From assembly GCA_964473765.1 (NCBI GenBank), contig CAYYQG010000001.1, positions 28,667 through 92,666 on the forward strand: 64,000 nucleotides of DNA, in the 5' to 3' direction. The position numbers and the translations under genes were made by a program. Below the pieces are notes generated by a model. That model searched no databases. It was not told the DNA's origin and was given only the letters and a program-made list of their open reading frames with translations. Source of the DNA: an uncultured Puniceicoccaceae bacterium. GTDB lineage: Bacteria; Verrucomicrobiota; Verrucomicrobiia; Opitutales; Coraliomargaritaceae. Position 1 is the stretch's first letter. Each line of letters begins with the position of its first letter. Shown in pieces: positions 28,612 to 36,274 of this stretch.

Positions 28612-29328
28612 ATGAGCGCCTCAGTCGATGTCTTACCGGAAGCCGCCGTGCTTGAGAGCCGTGGAGCGGTCGAACGGGTACGCTGGGCCCGCGACCAGTT
28701 CGGCGACGGGCTTGTTCTGAGCACGAGTTTCGGCATCCAGAGCGCGGTCATGTTGCACCTCGTCACGCGTGAAATCCCGGATATTCCCGTAGTCTTTGTC
28801 GACACCGGCTACCTCTTTCCCGAAACCTACCGCTTCGCCGCGGAGTTGACCGACCGGCTGGGTCTTAACCTCAAGACCTACGTTCCGCTGGAGACGGCGG
28901 CCCGTCAGGAGGCGCTTTACGGCCGGCTCTGGGAACAGGGTGCCGAGGGCCTGGAGCGCTACAACACGATCAACAAGATCGAGCCGATGAACCGCGCAGT
29001 CAGGGAGCTGGGCGCCACCGCCTGGCTCTCGGGCATCCGGCGCCATCAGTCGAGCTCCCGCGCCAACCGGCCGGTGGTGGAGAAACAGAACAAGACCTGG
29101 AAGGTCTATCCCATCATCGACTGGAACGACCGCGACGTCTACCGCTACCTGACCGATCACGACCTGCCCTACCACCCGTTCTGGGACCAGGGTTACGTCT
29201 CCGTCGGCGACTGGCACAGCACCTCGAGGCTGGCCGAGGGCATGCGGCCGGAGGACACCCGCTTCGGCGGTACCAAGCGCGAATGCGGCCTGCACGAGTA
29301 CAGCGAGCGGTTGGATTACCAGATCTGA
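28612..29328 (+). CDS. cysH: phosphoadenylyl-sulfate (PAPS/APS) reductase, thioredoxin-dependent type
   Basis: [17 protein letters not shown]-loop-like motif, ..[13 protein letters not shown].., and C-terminal ECGLH. Confidence 0.9.
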   Translation: MSASVDVLPEAAVLESRGAVERVRWARDQFGDGLVLSTSFGIQSAVMLHLVTREIPDIPVVFVDTGYLFPETYRFAAELTDRLGLNLKTYVPLETAARQEALYGRLWEQGAEGLERYNTINKIEPMNRAVRELGATAWLSGIRRHQSSSRANRPVVEKQNKTWKVYPIIDWNDRDVYRYLTDHDLPYHPFWDQGYVSVGDWHSTSRLAEGMRPEDTRFGGTKRECGLHEYSERLDYQI

Positions 29329-29410
29329 GTTTCCCGGGCGTGGGCGGCAAACCCCGCGGCGGTCCTGCTTCCGCTTGACACAACCGCACACCTAGCCTAC
29401 TTGGCTAAGA

Positions 29411-29680
29411 GTGTTCACTTCGACAATTTCCGAAACAAAGAATCGCCTGAGCGAGCTTCTCGGGCGGGTTCGCGGCGGCGAGACGCTGCTCATCCTGGAC
29501 AGGAAAAAGCCGGTCGCCCGTATCGAGCCGGTCAAGGCGGGTGAGGACAATCCGGCCCTCGAGTACCCGGCGGAGCAGTGGGACCCCGCGGCTGTCCTTT
29601 CCCTCCCGGTCGCCACGCCGGTGAAAAAGGATTCGCCTCTGAGCCGGGCGGTCGCCGAAGAGCGGGAGTCTGGTTGGTGA
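29411..29680 (+). CDS. Phd/YefM-type antitoxin
   Basis: ISETKNRLSELLGRVRGGETLLILDRKKPVARIEPV fits the prevent-host-death pattern. GTG start. Its stop overlaps the vapC start. Confidence 0.7.
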   Translation: MFTSTISETKNRLSELLGRVRGGETLLILDRKKPVARIEPVKAGEDNPALEYPAEQWDPAAVLSLPVATPVKKDSPLSRAVAEERESGW

Positions 29681-30111
29681 GTTACTGGGATACATCGGCC
29701 ATCGTGCCCTTGATCGTGGAGGAGGCGGACACGAAGAGGCGGGAAGCCGAACTGCTCGCGTCAGACCGCTTCGTTACTTGGTGGGGGAGTCGCCTCGAAG
29801 CGGTGTCCGCAATCGAAAGACGCCGACGCGACAACGCTTTCACCGCGGCGGTCGCCCAAAGAGCAGTCGACCGCCTCGACGCCCTGGCCGCACGGTGGAT
29901 TGTTGTCAGGCCAACGGACCACGTGCTGGCCAGGGCCGAACGCCTCCTCAGGCTCCATCCGCTTCGGGCGGCCGACGCACTGCAACTTGCGGCGGCCCTC
30001 GTCGCCTGCGGCGAGCGCACCGAAGGCGAACGCTTTCACTGTGGCGATGGCCGGCTGATTGACGCCGCCAGACTCGAAGGCTTCATTGTCAGGGGGAGTG
30101 GTAATCTCTGA
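29677..30111 (+). CDS. vapC: PIN-domain toxin (VapC family)
   Basis: VSYWDTSAIVPLIVEE (first acidic residue), ..LRAADALQLAAAL.. and ..DGRLIDAARLEG. GTGA overlap with the antitoxin stop at 29677-29680. Confidence 0.8.
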   Translation: MSYWDTSAIVPLIVEEADTKRREAELLASDRFVTWWGSRLEAVSAIERRRRDNAFTAAVAQRAVDRLDALAARWIVVRPTDHVLARAERLLRLHPLRAADALQLAAALVACGERTEGERFHCGDGRLIDAARLEGFIVRGSGNL

Positions 30112-30156
30112 GCCGTGCTCATCCGCGACTCCCTACTCCGCGCGTCCGGCCGAGGG

Positions 30157-30213
30157 GGCCAATAAAGGACACCCACGAACCTCCCGCCATCTCGTCTGTG
30201 GCGGCTCAAGCAG
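30157..30213 (+). repeat. 57-bp repeat, copy a
   Basis: GGCCAATAAAGGACACCCACGAACCTCCCGCCATCTCGTCTGTGGCGGCTCAAGCAG. It contains a CCGCCA-N7-TGGCGG hairpin and recurs at 30400-30456 with 2 mismatches. Confidence 0.85.
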
Positions 30214-30316
30214 ACGAATTGGGTCAAGCCGCTCCCTGTCAGAGACATACGCGCTCGTTTATCTCGGGCCACCCCCGGCCGAAGGCCGCTGAGTTTGATG
30301 GGTGTCCTGTTTCTTT

Positions 30317-30404
30317 CACGCCGGTGAAAAAGGATTCGCCTCTGAGCCGGGCGGTCGCCGAAGAGCGGGAGTCTGGTTGGTGAGTTACTGGGATACATCG
30401 GCCA
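30317..30404 (+). repeat. 88-bp exact duplicate of the phd 3' end / vapC 5' end junction (29614-29701)
   Basis: Compared by hand and identical over 88 bp. Carries the last 21 antitoxin codons and the first 8 vapC codons, then breaks into repeat copy b. Confidence 0.9.
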
Positions 30405-30456
30405 ATAATGGACACCCACGAACCTCCCGCCATCTCGTCCGTGGCGGCTCAAGCAG
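30400..30456 (+). repeat. 57-bp repeat, copy b
   Basis: Same as 30157-30213 except A->T and T->C. It shares GGCCA with the end of the 88-bp duplicate. Confidence 0.85.
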
Positions 30457-30541
30457 CCGAAACGCTTGGGGTCTTCGGGTCTTGGCGTGAGGCCAAGCAA
30501 AAAGGAAAGGCATACTGCGCTTCGCGCCGCGCATTTGGCCT

Positions 30542-31828
30542 TCAGAGCAGTTTCTCGCCCCGGTGGAGCTGCGGGTAGCCGCTGCCGCGCCTGTAAACGG
30601 GCGCGTCCTCGAATTCCATCTCGTAGAGTGTGATATTGGCGACGGGGTCGCGCAGCTCCTTTGCCGGCGGCTCGACCACGATTTGGCGTTCGTTCTGGGT
30701 GAACTTCACCTCGGTTCCGGAAGGCAGGACCTTAACCGATTTCAGCCGGGTCAGGAACCCGCCGAAGATGAGCTGGTCGCCGTGGATGAGCTGCCAGAAA
30801 TAGAGGATGTTGCCTCGCTGGGAGAAGAGTCCGGTCCCGCTCGCCTGGCGAACCGCGCACCGGGTCAGCCGGCCGTAGACAGCCGCCTCGCCGTTCGCCT
30901 CCAGCCAGCGCCCGACCGTCCGCAGGGGCCCGACCGCTTCGGCCGGAACGCTGCCGTCGGCCATCGGACCGATATTAAGCAAAAGGTTGCCGACCGACCG
31001 GCAGACGGTGTTCAACATGGTGAGGATGCCGTGCGCATTGTAGCTGTAGGGGAGCGCCTGCGCGCTGTCGAGGTAGCCCCAGCTGATGCGGTTAAAGGTC
31101 ATGCAGGATTCCCAGTCGCCGTCCTGCGCGTTGAGGCTCTCCTCCGGCGTGGAAAAATCCTCGGGCAGGATGGAGCGGTTGTTGATGAGGATGTCCGGCT
31201 GCAATTCGCGGACCATCTGGTTCATCTTCAGGGAGCCCCAGCCTTCGTGGGACTCCATGGGACGGGGGACGTCGTACCAGAGGATGTCGACCTTGCCATA
31301 GGTGCCGCCGAGCAGTTCGCGGAGCATCCCGCAAAGGTAGTCCTGAAAGCGGGCCCGGGCCCCGTGGTCGAAGGCGCAGCGCCAGGAGTCCGGGTGATGC
31401 CAGTCCATGAGCGAGAAGTAGAATCCTACCCGCAGGCCAAACTCGCGGCAGGACGCGACAAATTCGTCGACCACGTCGAACCCGCCGGCGGCCTTGACCA
31501 CGTTGAAAGGGTTGACCTCGCTGTTCCAGAGGCTGAAGCCCTCGTGGTGCCGGGTGGTCAGGACGGCGTACTTCATCCCTGCCTCGGCGGCCAGCTTGAC
31601 CCACTCGCGCGTGCAACCGGGCTTCGGATTGAACTGCCGGGCGAGGGCCTCGTAGTCCTCCACCGTCCAGTTTTCCAGCGCCATGGCCCACTCATTCCGG
31701 CCGAGAACGGTATGAAGACCGTAGTGGATAAACATTCCAAAACGCGCCTCGCGCCACCAAGCCATGCGCGCATCGCGGGTTTCGGCGGTCCGCCGTTCGT
31801 ACTCGGGTCGGCTCAGTTTCGCTTCCAT
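30542..31828 (-). CDS. alpha-L-fucosidase (GH29), apparently cytoplasmic
   Basis: WWREARFGMFIHYGLH...AGMKYAVLTTRHHEGFSLWNS is the GH29 catalytic-domain signature. ATG at 31828 (MEAKLSRPEY) gives no signal peptide. Confidence 0.85.
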   Translation of the reverse strand: MEAKLSRPEYERRTAETRDARMAWWREARFGMFIHYGLHTVLGRNEWAMALENWTVEDYEALARQFNPKPGCTREWVKLAAEAGMKYAVLTTRHHEGFSLWNSEVNPFNVVKAAGGFDVVDEFVASCREFGLRVGFYFSLMDWHHPDSWRCAFDHGARARFQDYLCGMLRELLGGTYGKVDILWYDVPRPMESHEGWGSLKMNQMVRELQPDILINNRSILPEDFSTPEESLNAQDGDWESCMTFNRISWGYLDSAQALPYSYNAHGILTMLNTVCRSVGNLLLNIGPMADGSVPAEAVGPLRTVGRWLEANGEAAVYGRLTRCAVRQASGTGLFSQRGNILYFWQLIHGDQLIFGGFLTRLKSVKVLPSGTEVKFTQNERQIVVEPPAKELRDPVANITLYEMEFEDAPVYRRGSGYPQLHRGEKLL

Positions 31829-31941
31829 GCCGACCCAGCTAGGCCGGGCGGCCACGTAAAACAAGACGCAAATGGCCGCGAAGGGACCGGCCGGCCTGTT
31901 GTTAAGCTCGCCACCGGGCACCCGCCTTCGCCCGGCTGCGC

Positions 31942-32023
31942 CACCCCTCCGCCCTACGGGCACCTCCCCTTTCAAAGGGGAGGAGTCTGATTATAAAGAC
32001 TCCCCTCCTTTTCAAGGAGGGGT
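31942..32023. repeat. solo copy of the CCCCTCC/GGAGGGG hairpin element family
   Basis: Reads CACCCCTCCGCCCTACGGGCACCTCCCCTTTCAAAGGGGAGGAGTCTGATTATAAAGACTCCCCTCCTTTTCAAGGAGGGG, which forms three overlapping hairpins. Its left end matches the 28-bp terminal repeat of the elements at 52.8 and 53.5 kb. Confidence 0.75.
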
Positions 32024-32029
32024 TCTCGC

Positions 32030-32890
32030 CTACTCGTAGAACAGCGTCGACCAACGTCCGGACTCGATGAGCTTGTCCTTGAGCGCCTTCCAGGCGGACC
32101 GGGAACCGGCGAACCGGGACATGACCTCGTCGAGGCGTTCCTCGAGGCGGGAAAGTCCGGAAACATAGATGTAGGTCTTGGGATCCTTGACCAGTTCCCA
32201 GACCTCCTCGGAGTGCTGTTCAAGGGCGGCGCCAATGTCCTCGGGCTCATCCACGTGCGGCCGCGGGCTGAGGGCCTGGAAGGCCTTGAAGGTTTCCTGG
32301 TCGTAGTAGAGGCTGAGGTCGTCGTTCTTGTCGTTGAGGTAAAGCAGGTCCATGCCGGTTTTGGCCCCGTAGAAGAGGCGGACCTTCCCCTTCCACTCCT
32401 TGCGGTCCTCGTAGACGTGCTTGATGAAGGCACGGAAGGGGGCGATGCCGGTGCCGACACCGATCATGAGGAGGTTGCAGGTCTTGTCGCGCGGGGGCAT
32501 GAACTGGCGGCCGTAGGGTCCGGTTAGTTGGATCGTGTCGCCGGGACGGCGGTCGCAGAGGAAGTTGGAGGCGAGGCCCGGGTAGCGCTCGCCGCTGACT
32601 TCGTCGATGTAGAAGCAGCGCCGCACGCAGATGGAGACCTCGGCGATGTTGCTGTCTTCTCCGGAACGGGAGTTGGCGATGGAGTAGAGCCGCATGTGAA
32701 AGGGGTTGCCGAACTCGTGCGGACCGGGCACGAGCACGCCCACGCTTTGTCCTTCGACAAAGTGGAAGGTCGCATCGGAAATGCTGAGCACGATATGGCG
32801 GACTTCGTCGGTGGCCTCGTCGGTGATCCGCTCGGACTCCACCACGGTGGCGAGGTAGGGGTTACTGATGTCGTATTCGGTGAGTTTCAT
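32030..32890 (-). CDS. ferredoxin--NADP+ reductase (plant-type FNR family)
   Basis: FAD motif RLYSIANS, NADP-binding MIGVGTGIAPFRAF, and C-terminal ..STLFYE. Confidence 0.85.
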   Translation of the reverse strand: MKLTEYDISNPYLATVVESERITDEATDEVRHIVLSISDATFHFVEGQSVGVLVPGPHEFGNPFHMRLYSIANSRSGEDSNIAEVSICVRRCFYIDEVSGERYPGLASNFLCDRRPGDTIQLTGPYGRQFMPPRDKTCNLLMIGVGTGIAPFRAFIKHVYEDRKEWKGKVRLFYGAKTGMDLLYLNDKNDDLSLYYDQETFKAFQALSPRPHVDEPEDIGAALEQHSEEVWELVKDPKTYIYVSGLSRLEERLDEVMSRFAGSRSAWKALKDKLIESGRWSTLFYE

Positions 32891-32930
32891 GGTCTCCTTG
32901 GCTGGCGTTGGCGTTGATACGTGGATGCGG

Positions 32931-33173
32931 TTAAAGGCTTCCGGATTTTTTTGGAAAGGGAACCGGTTCGGACTCCGCCCTCTCCTTTTTCAGGGCGCGT
33001 TTCGGGCAGGCGGCGGGATCCTTGCAGAGGCAGAAAAAGCCGCAGCCGGCTCCCTCCTCGCGGGCGGGTCCGAGCTCCGGATGGCGGGCCGCCAGGGCAC
33101 GCGCCAAATGCTGCACACCGACCCAGCCGGCGAGCAGAAGAAAAATGATGGCACTGGCGAGAAAGTAAGTCAT
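32931..33173 (-). CDS. small membrane protein with Cys-rich tail (architecture like FeoB-associated Cys-rich/p12-type proteins)
   Basis: One N-terminal TM helix (FLASAIIFLLLAGWVGV), then GCGFFCLCKDPAACP. Sits between rnfA and the FNR gene. Family assignment is uncertain. Confidence 0.4.
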   Translation of the reverse strand: MTYFLASAIIFLLLAGWVGVQHLARALAARHPELGPAREEGAGCGFFCLCKDPAACPKRALKKERAESEPVPFPKKSGSL

Positions 33174-33183
33174 CTTACCATAC

Positions 33184-33232
33184 TCAAAGTTGGACGTTCA
33201 AAGTTGGAAGTTCAGCGTTCAAAGTTCATCTC
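33184..33232. repeat. 7-bp repeat array (tcaaagt tggacgt tcaaagt tggaagt tcagcgt tcaaagt tcatctc)
   Basis: Fills most of the 63-nt spacer between the rnfA stop (33237) and the start of the small Cys-rich ORF (33173). Same register and consensus as the right half of the 25.4-kb array. Confidence 0.85.
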
Positions 33233-33236
33233 CGCC

Positions 33237-33818
33237 TCATCCTCCCAGTCCGGCGAAGCCCATGAAGGCGAGGGAGAGGAGTCCGCCGAGCATGAGGCTG
33301 AGGGCGGCGCCGGTGGCGGGATCGGGCAGGTCGGCCAGTTCCAGTTTTTCGCGCAGGCCGGCCATGAGGATGAGGGCGAGGGTGAAGCCGGCGCCGGCAC
33401 CGAGGCTGAAGGCGAGGCACTGGGGGAAGTCATAGGCCCGGTTGGTCTGGAAGAGCGCCAGCCCGAGGATGGCGCAGTTGGTGGTGATGAGCGGGAGGAA
33501 GATCCCGAGGGTGCGGAAGAGGGCCGGGCTGAATTTTTTCACCGCCATTTCGACCAGCTGCACGGCCGACGCGATGACTGCGATGTAGCAGATGAGGCGG
33601 AGGAACTCGAGCTGGTAGCGGACCAGCAGCAGGTTGATGAAAAAGGCGCAGGTCGAACTGACCAGCATCACGAAGATGACGGCCAACCCCATGTTCCACG
33701 CGGTCTTGAGCTTGCCGGAGACCCCGAGGAAGGGGCACAGCCCGAGAAACATCGCCAACACGAAATTATTAATGAGAAATGCGTTGAGGAAAATAAACGG
33801 CAGGGAATCAGGCGACAT
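33237..33818 (-). CDS. rnfA: Rnf complex subunit A
   Basis: [21 protein letters not shown]...[12 protein letters not shown] is highly characteristic of RnfA/NqrE. ATG at 33818 overlaps the rnfE 3' end by 11 nt. Confidence 0.9.
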   Translation of the reverse strand: MSPDSLPFIFLNAFLINNFVLAMFLGLCPFLGVSGKLKTAWNMGLAVIFVMLVSSTCAFFINLLLVRYQLEFLRLICYIAVIASAVQLVEMAVKKFSPALFRTLGIFLPLITTNCAILGLALFQTNRAYDFPQCLAFSLGAGAGFTLALILMAGLREKLELADLPDPATGAALSLMLGGLLSLAFMGFAGLGG

Positions 33819-34464
33819 CGGCGACCTCCTCTCTTTCGGTTGCGGCGGCGGCGCGGCGATTGCGGAACCAGGCAAAAACAAAGAGCCAGCCGGAAAGGAC
33901 GAAGAACCCGCCCGGCGGCAGGACAAATACGGCCCAGGGCTGGAACTCCGGACCGAAAAGCGAAAAGCCGAAGAGCGTGCCGCTGCCCAGGATTTCACGA
34001 ACCACGCCGAGGCAGAGCAAGGCGAAGGTGAAGCCGAGCCCCATGCCGAAGGCGTTGACCACCGCGTTGGCCAGGGGATTCTTGGAAGCATAGGCCTCGG
34101 CCCGGCCAAGGATGATGCAGTTGACCACGATCAGTTGGATGAAGGCACCGAGCGCACGGTACAACTCCAGGCTGATGGCCTGGATGACGTAGTCGGTGAT
34201 CGTGACGAAGGTGGCGATGATGATGATGTAGGACGCGATGCGCACCTGCTTGGGGATGACCTTGCGCAGGAGTGAGACGAGAGTGCCTGAGGCCACCAGC
34301 ACGAAGGTGGTGGCCAGACCCATGGCCAGCGCGTTCATGGCGGTGTTCGTTACCGCCAGCACGGGGCAGAGCCCCAGGAGCATGACGAAGACCGGGTTCT
34401 CCCGCCACAGTCCGGTGAGGAACGTGTCGAGATCGAGCGGCTCGGGTAGTCGGGGGTCTCTCAT
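33808..34464 (-). CDS. rnfE: Rnf complex subunit E
   Basis: [22 protein letters not shown]...[18 protein letters not shown] (RnfE/NqrD signature). ATGA overlap with the rnfG stop at 34461-34464. Confidence 0.9.
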   Translation of the reverse strand: MRDPRLPEPLDLDTFLTGLWRENPVFVMLLGLCPVLAVTNTAMNALAMGLATTFVLVASGTLVSLLRKVIPKQVRIASYIIIIATFVTITDYVIQAISLELYRALGAFIQLIVVNCIILGRAEAYASKNPLANAVVNAFGMGLGFTFALLCLGVVREILGSGTLFGFSLFGPEFQPWAVFVLPPGGFFVLSGWLFVFAWFRNRRAAAATEREEVADVA

Positions 34465-35219
34465 TGGTTTTTTCCTAAATCCGACCCGTCCGACCCGTCC
34501 GACCGGTCCGACGAATCCGACCGATCGGTCGGATCGATCTGCAGCGGCAGCGACTGCCGGTGCCTGCCCAGCAGGGGCAGGTACTGGTTGGTGCTTCCGC
34601 GCAGGGCGTTGCCCACCGCCATCGAGGTCACGGTCGCGCCGGAAATCCCGTCGATCTGCCAGGGATCGGTCTTTTCCCCGCTTTTCACCGTCACAATCTC
34701 GTTTTCGAGGGCGGAGCCCTCTTCGTTCAGGCGCGCCTGGAGGCACTCGAAGTTGGCCAGAAAATCCGGATCGGTCTCCACCTTGTCGCCCAGCCCGGGG
34801 GTTTCCGTACTTTGCAGGACGGTCATGCCGATGACGCACTCCCGCTCCGGATCGTACCCGTAGAGCACCCGCACCACGTCCTGATAGCCGCGGGCGGCCC
34901 CCTCGAAGGCGAGGCCGGCCAGCCGGCCCTCCGCGTCGTAGCCCGCGAAGGCGTTGGCTTTCTCGAAGGCGGCGTCCGGGAGCACCTCAAGGGCGGATTC
35001 ATCGAGCAGCAGGTTCTTGCGGGTGACGGCCTCGGGCAAAACGGCGAAAACCGCTTTTTCGAGGGCGGCCTGCTGGTTCTTTATAATGAGCGGCTGGGTC
35101 AACTGGAAGGTAAGCACCACCAGCAGGCCGGACATCATGGCGATGGAGCCGAGGGTGAGAATGAGCGCCCCGCTTTTGGGCGGGGCCGGTGCCGCGGCGC
35201 TATTACGTTCCGCGCTCAT
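34461..35219 (-). CDS. rnfG: Rnf complex subunit G (FMN-binding) with an unusual Asp/Ser-rich C-terminal tail
   Basis: N-terminal TM anchor, ETPGLG, and the flavinylation context [13 protein letters not shown] overlap with the rnfD stop. The last ~25 aa ([19 protein letters not shown]) are encoded by 9-bp tandem repeats. Confidence 0.85.
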   Translation of the reverse strand: MSAERNSAAAPAPPKSGALILTLGSIAMMSGLLVVLTFQLTQPLIIKNQQAALEKAVFAVLPEAVTRKNLLLDESALEVLPDAAFEKANAFAGYDAEGRLAGLAFEGAARGYQDVVRVLYGYDPERECVIGMTVLQSTETPGLGDKVETDPDFLANFECLQARLNEEGSALENEIVTVKSGEKTDPWQIDGISGATVTSMAVGNALRGSTNQYLPLLGRHRQSLPLQIDPTDRSDSSDRSDGSDGSDLGKNQ

Positions 35220-36274
35220 GCCGCCTTCCTCCTCTTTCCGGTGGCACCGTAAATACGCGGCTGGGTGATGGAATTGATGAGGGGCGAACAAGCGTTGGCC
35301 AGAAGAATGGCGTACATCACGCCCTCGTTGAGCCCGCCGAACAGACGGATGATGACCGTGACCACGCCGATGAGGGCTCCGTAGATCCAAACCCCGAGGG
35401 GCGTGACCGGGGAGGAGACCATGTCGGTGGCCATGAAGACCGCCCCGAGCATGAGGCCGCCGGAGCAGAGAGTGAAAAGCGGCGACGGGTAAATCCCGGG
35501 GTCGATCAGGTAAAAGACGCCGGAAAGGAGCGCGGCCGAGGCCAGCACGCTGAAGGTGATGCGCCAGTCCATGAACTTGCGCGCGACGAGGTAGAGTCCG
35601 CAGAGGAGGATGAGCAGGGCCGAGGTCTCGCCGGCCGACCCGGCGGAGGCACCCAGCAGCATCTGTATCGAATCGGTCGATACCTGGTCATATTTCATGA
35701 GGGCCAGCGGAGTGGCCCCAGAAAATCCGTCGGGTGCCACCTTCGCCACCCAGTCGCCGATGGCGGCAGGCTTCAGGAACGGGAGCGTGAGGCTGGAGGG
35801 AATGAACTCGGTGAAGCGTCCCTCGGCGCGGAAGGGCGCCCAGGTCGTCATCGGCACGGTGAAGGCCGCCTGCGCGAAGGCGCGACCGACCAGCGCCGGG
35901 TTCATGACATTGTAGCCGAGGCCCCCGAAGAACATCTTGCCCACGCCCACCCCCGCGATGGAGGCCACCGCGGCCATCCACAGGGGAAAGCCCGGCGGCA
36001 GGACGAGCGCAAGGAGGATCCCGGTGATGACCCCGCTCCAGTCGCCCACCGTGCTCGGTCTGCCGCTCACCCTGCAGATGACATGCTCGGTCAGCACGCA
36101 GAAGGTGGTACAGACGAGGATGAGGGCGAGCACGCTGATGCCGAACTGGTAGACCGCGAAGGCAGAGACCGGCAGGAGGGCGTAGACCACGTTGCGCATG
36201 ATCACGTCGACCGGCGCGGTGCGGCGCAGGTGCGGCGAGGTGCGCAGGAAGACGCTGGGCGGCTGGAGGCTCAT
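35216..36274 (-). CDS. rnfD: Rnf complex subunit D
   Basis: SPHLR.. N-terminus, polytopic, FSGATPL and ..MATDMVSSP.. (covalent FMN Thr/Ser context). ATGA overlap with the rnfC stop. Confidence 0.9.
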   Translation of the reverse strand: MSLQPPSVFLRTSPHLRRTAPVDVIMRNVVYALLPVSAFAVYQFGISVLALILVCTTFCVLTEHVICRVSGRPSTVGDWSGVITGILLALVLPPGFPLWMAAVASIAGVGVGKMFFGGLGYNVMNPALVGRAFAQAAFTVPMTTWAPFRAEGRFTEFIPSSLTLPFLKPAAIGDWVAKVAPDGFSGATPLALMKYDQVSTDSIQMLLGASAGSAGETSALLILLCGLYLVARKFMDWRITFSVLASAALLSGVFYLIDPGIYPSPLFTLCSGGLMLGAVFMATDMVSSPVTPLGVWIYGALIGVVTVIIRLFGGLNEGVMYAILLANACSPLINSITQPRIYGATGKRRKAA

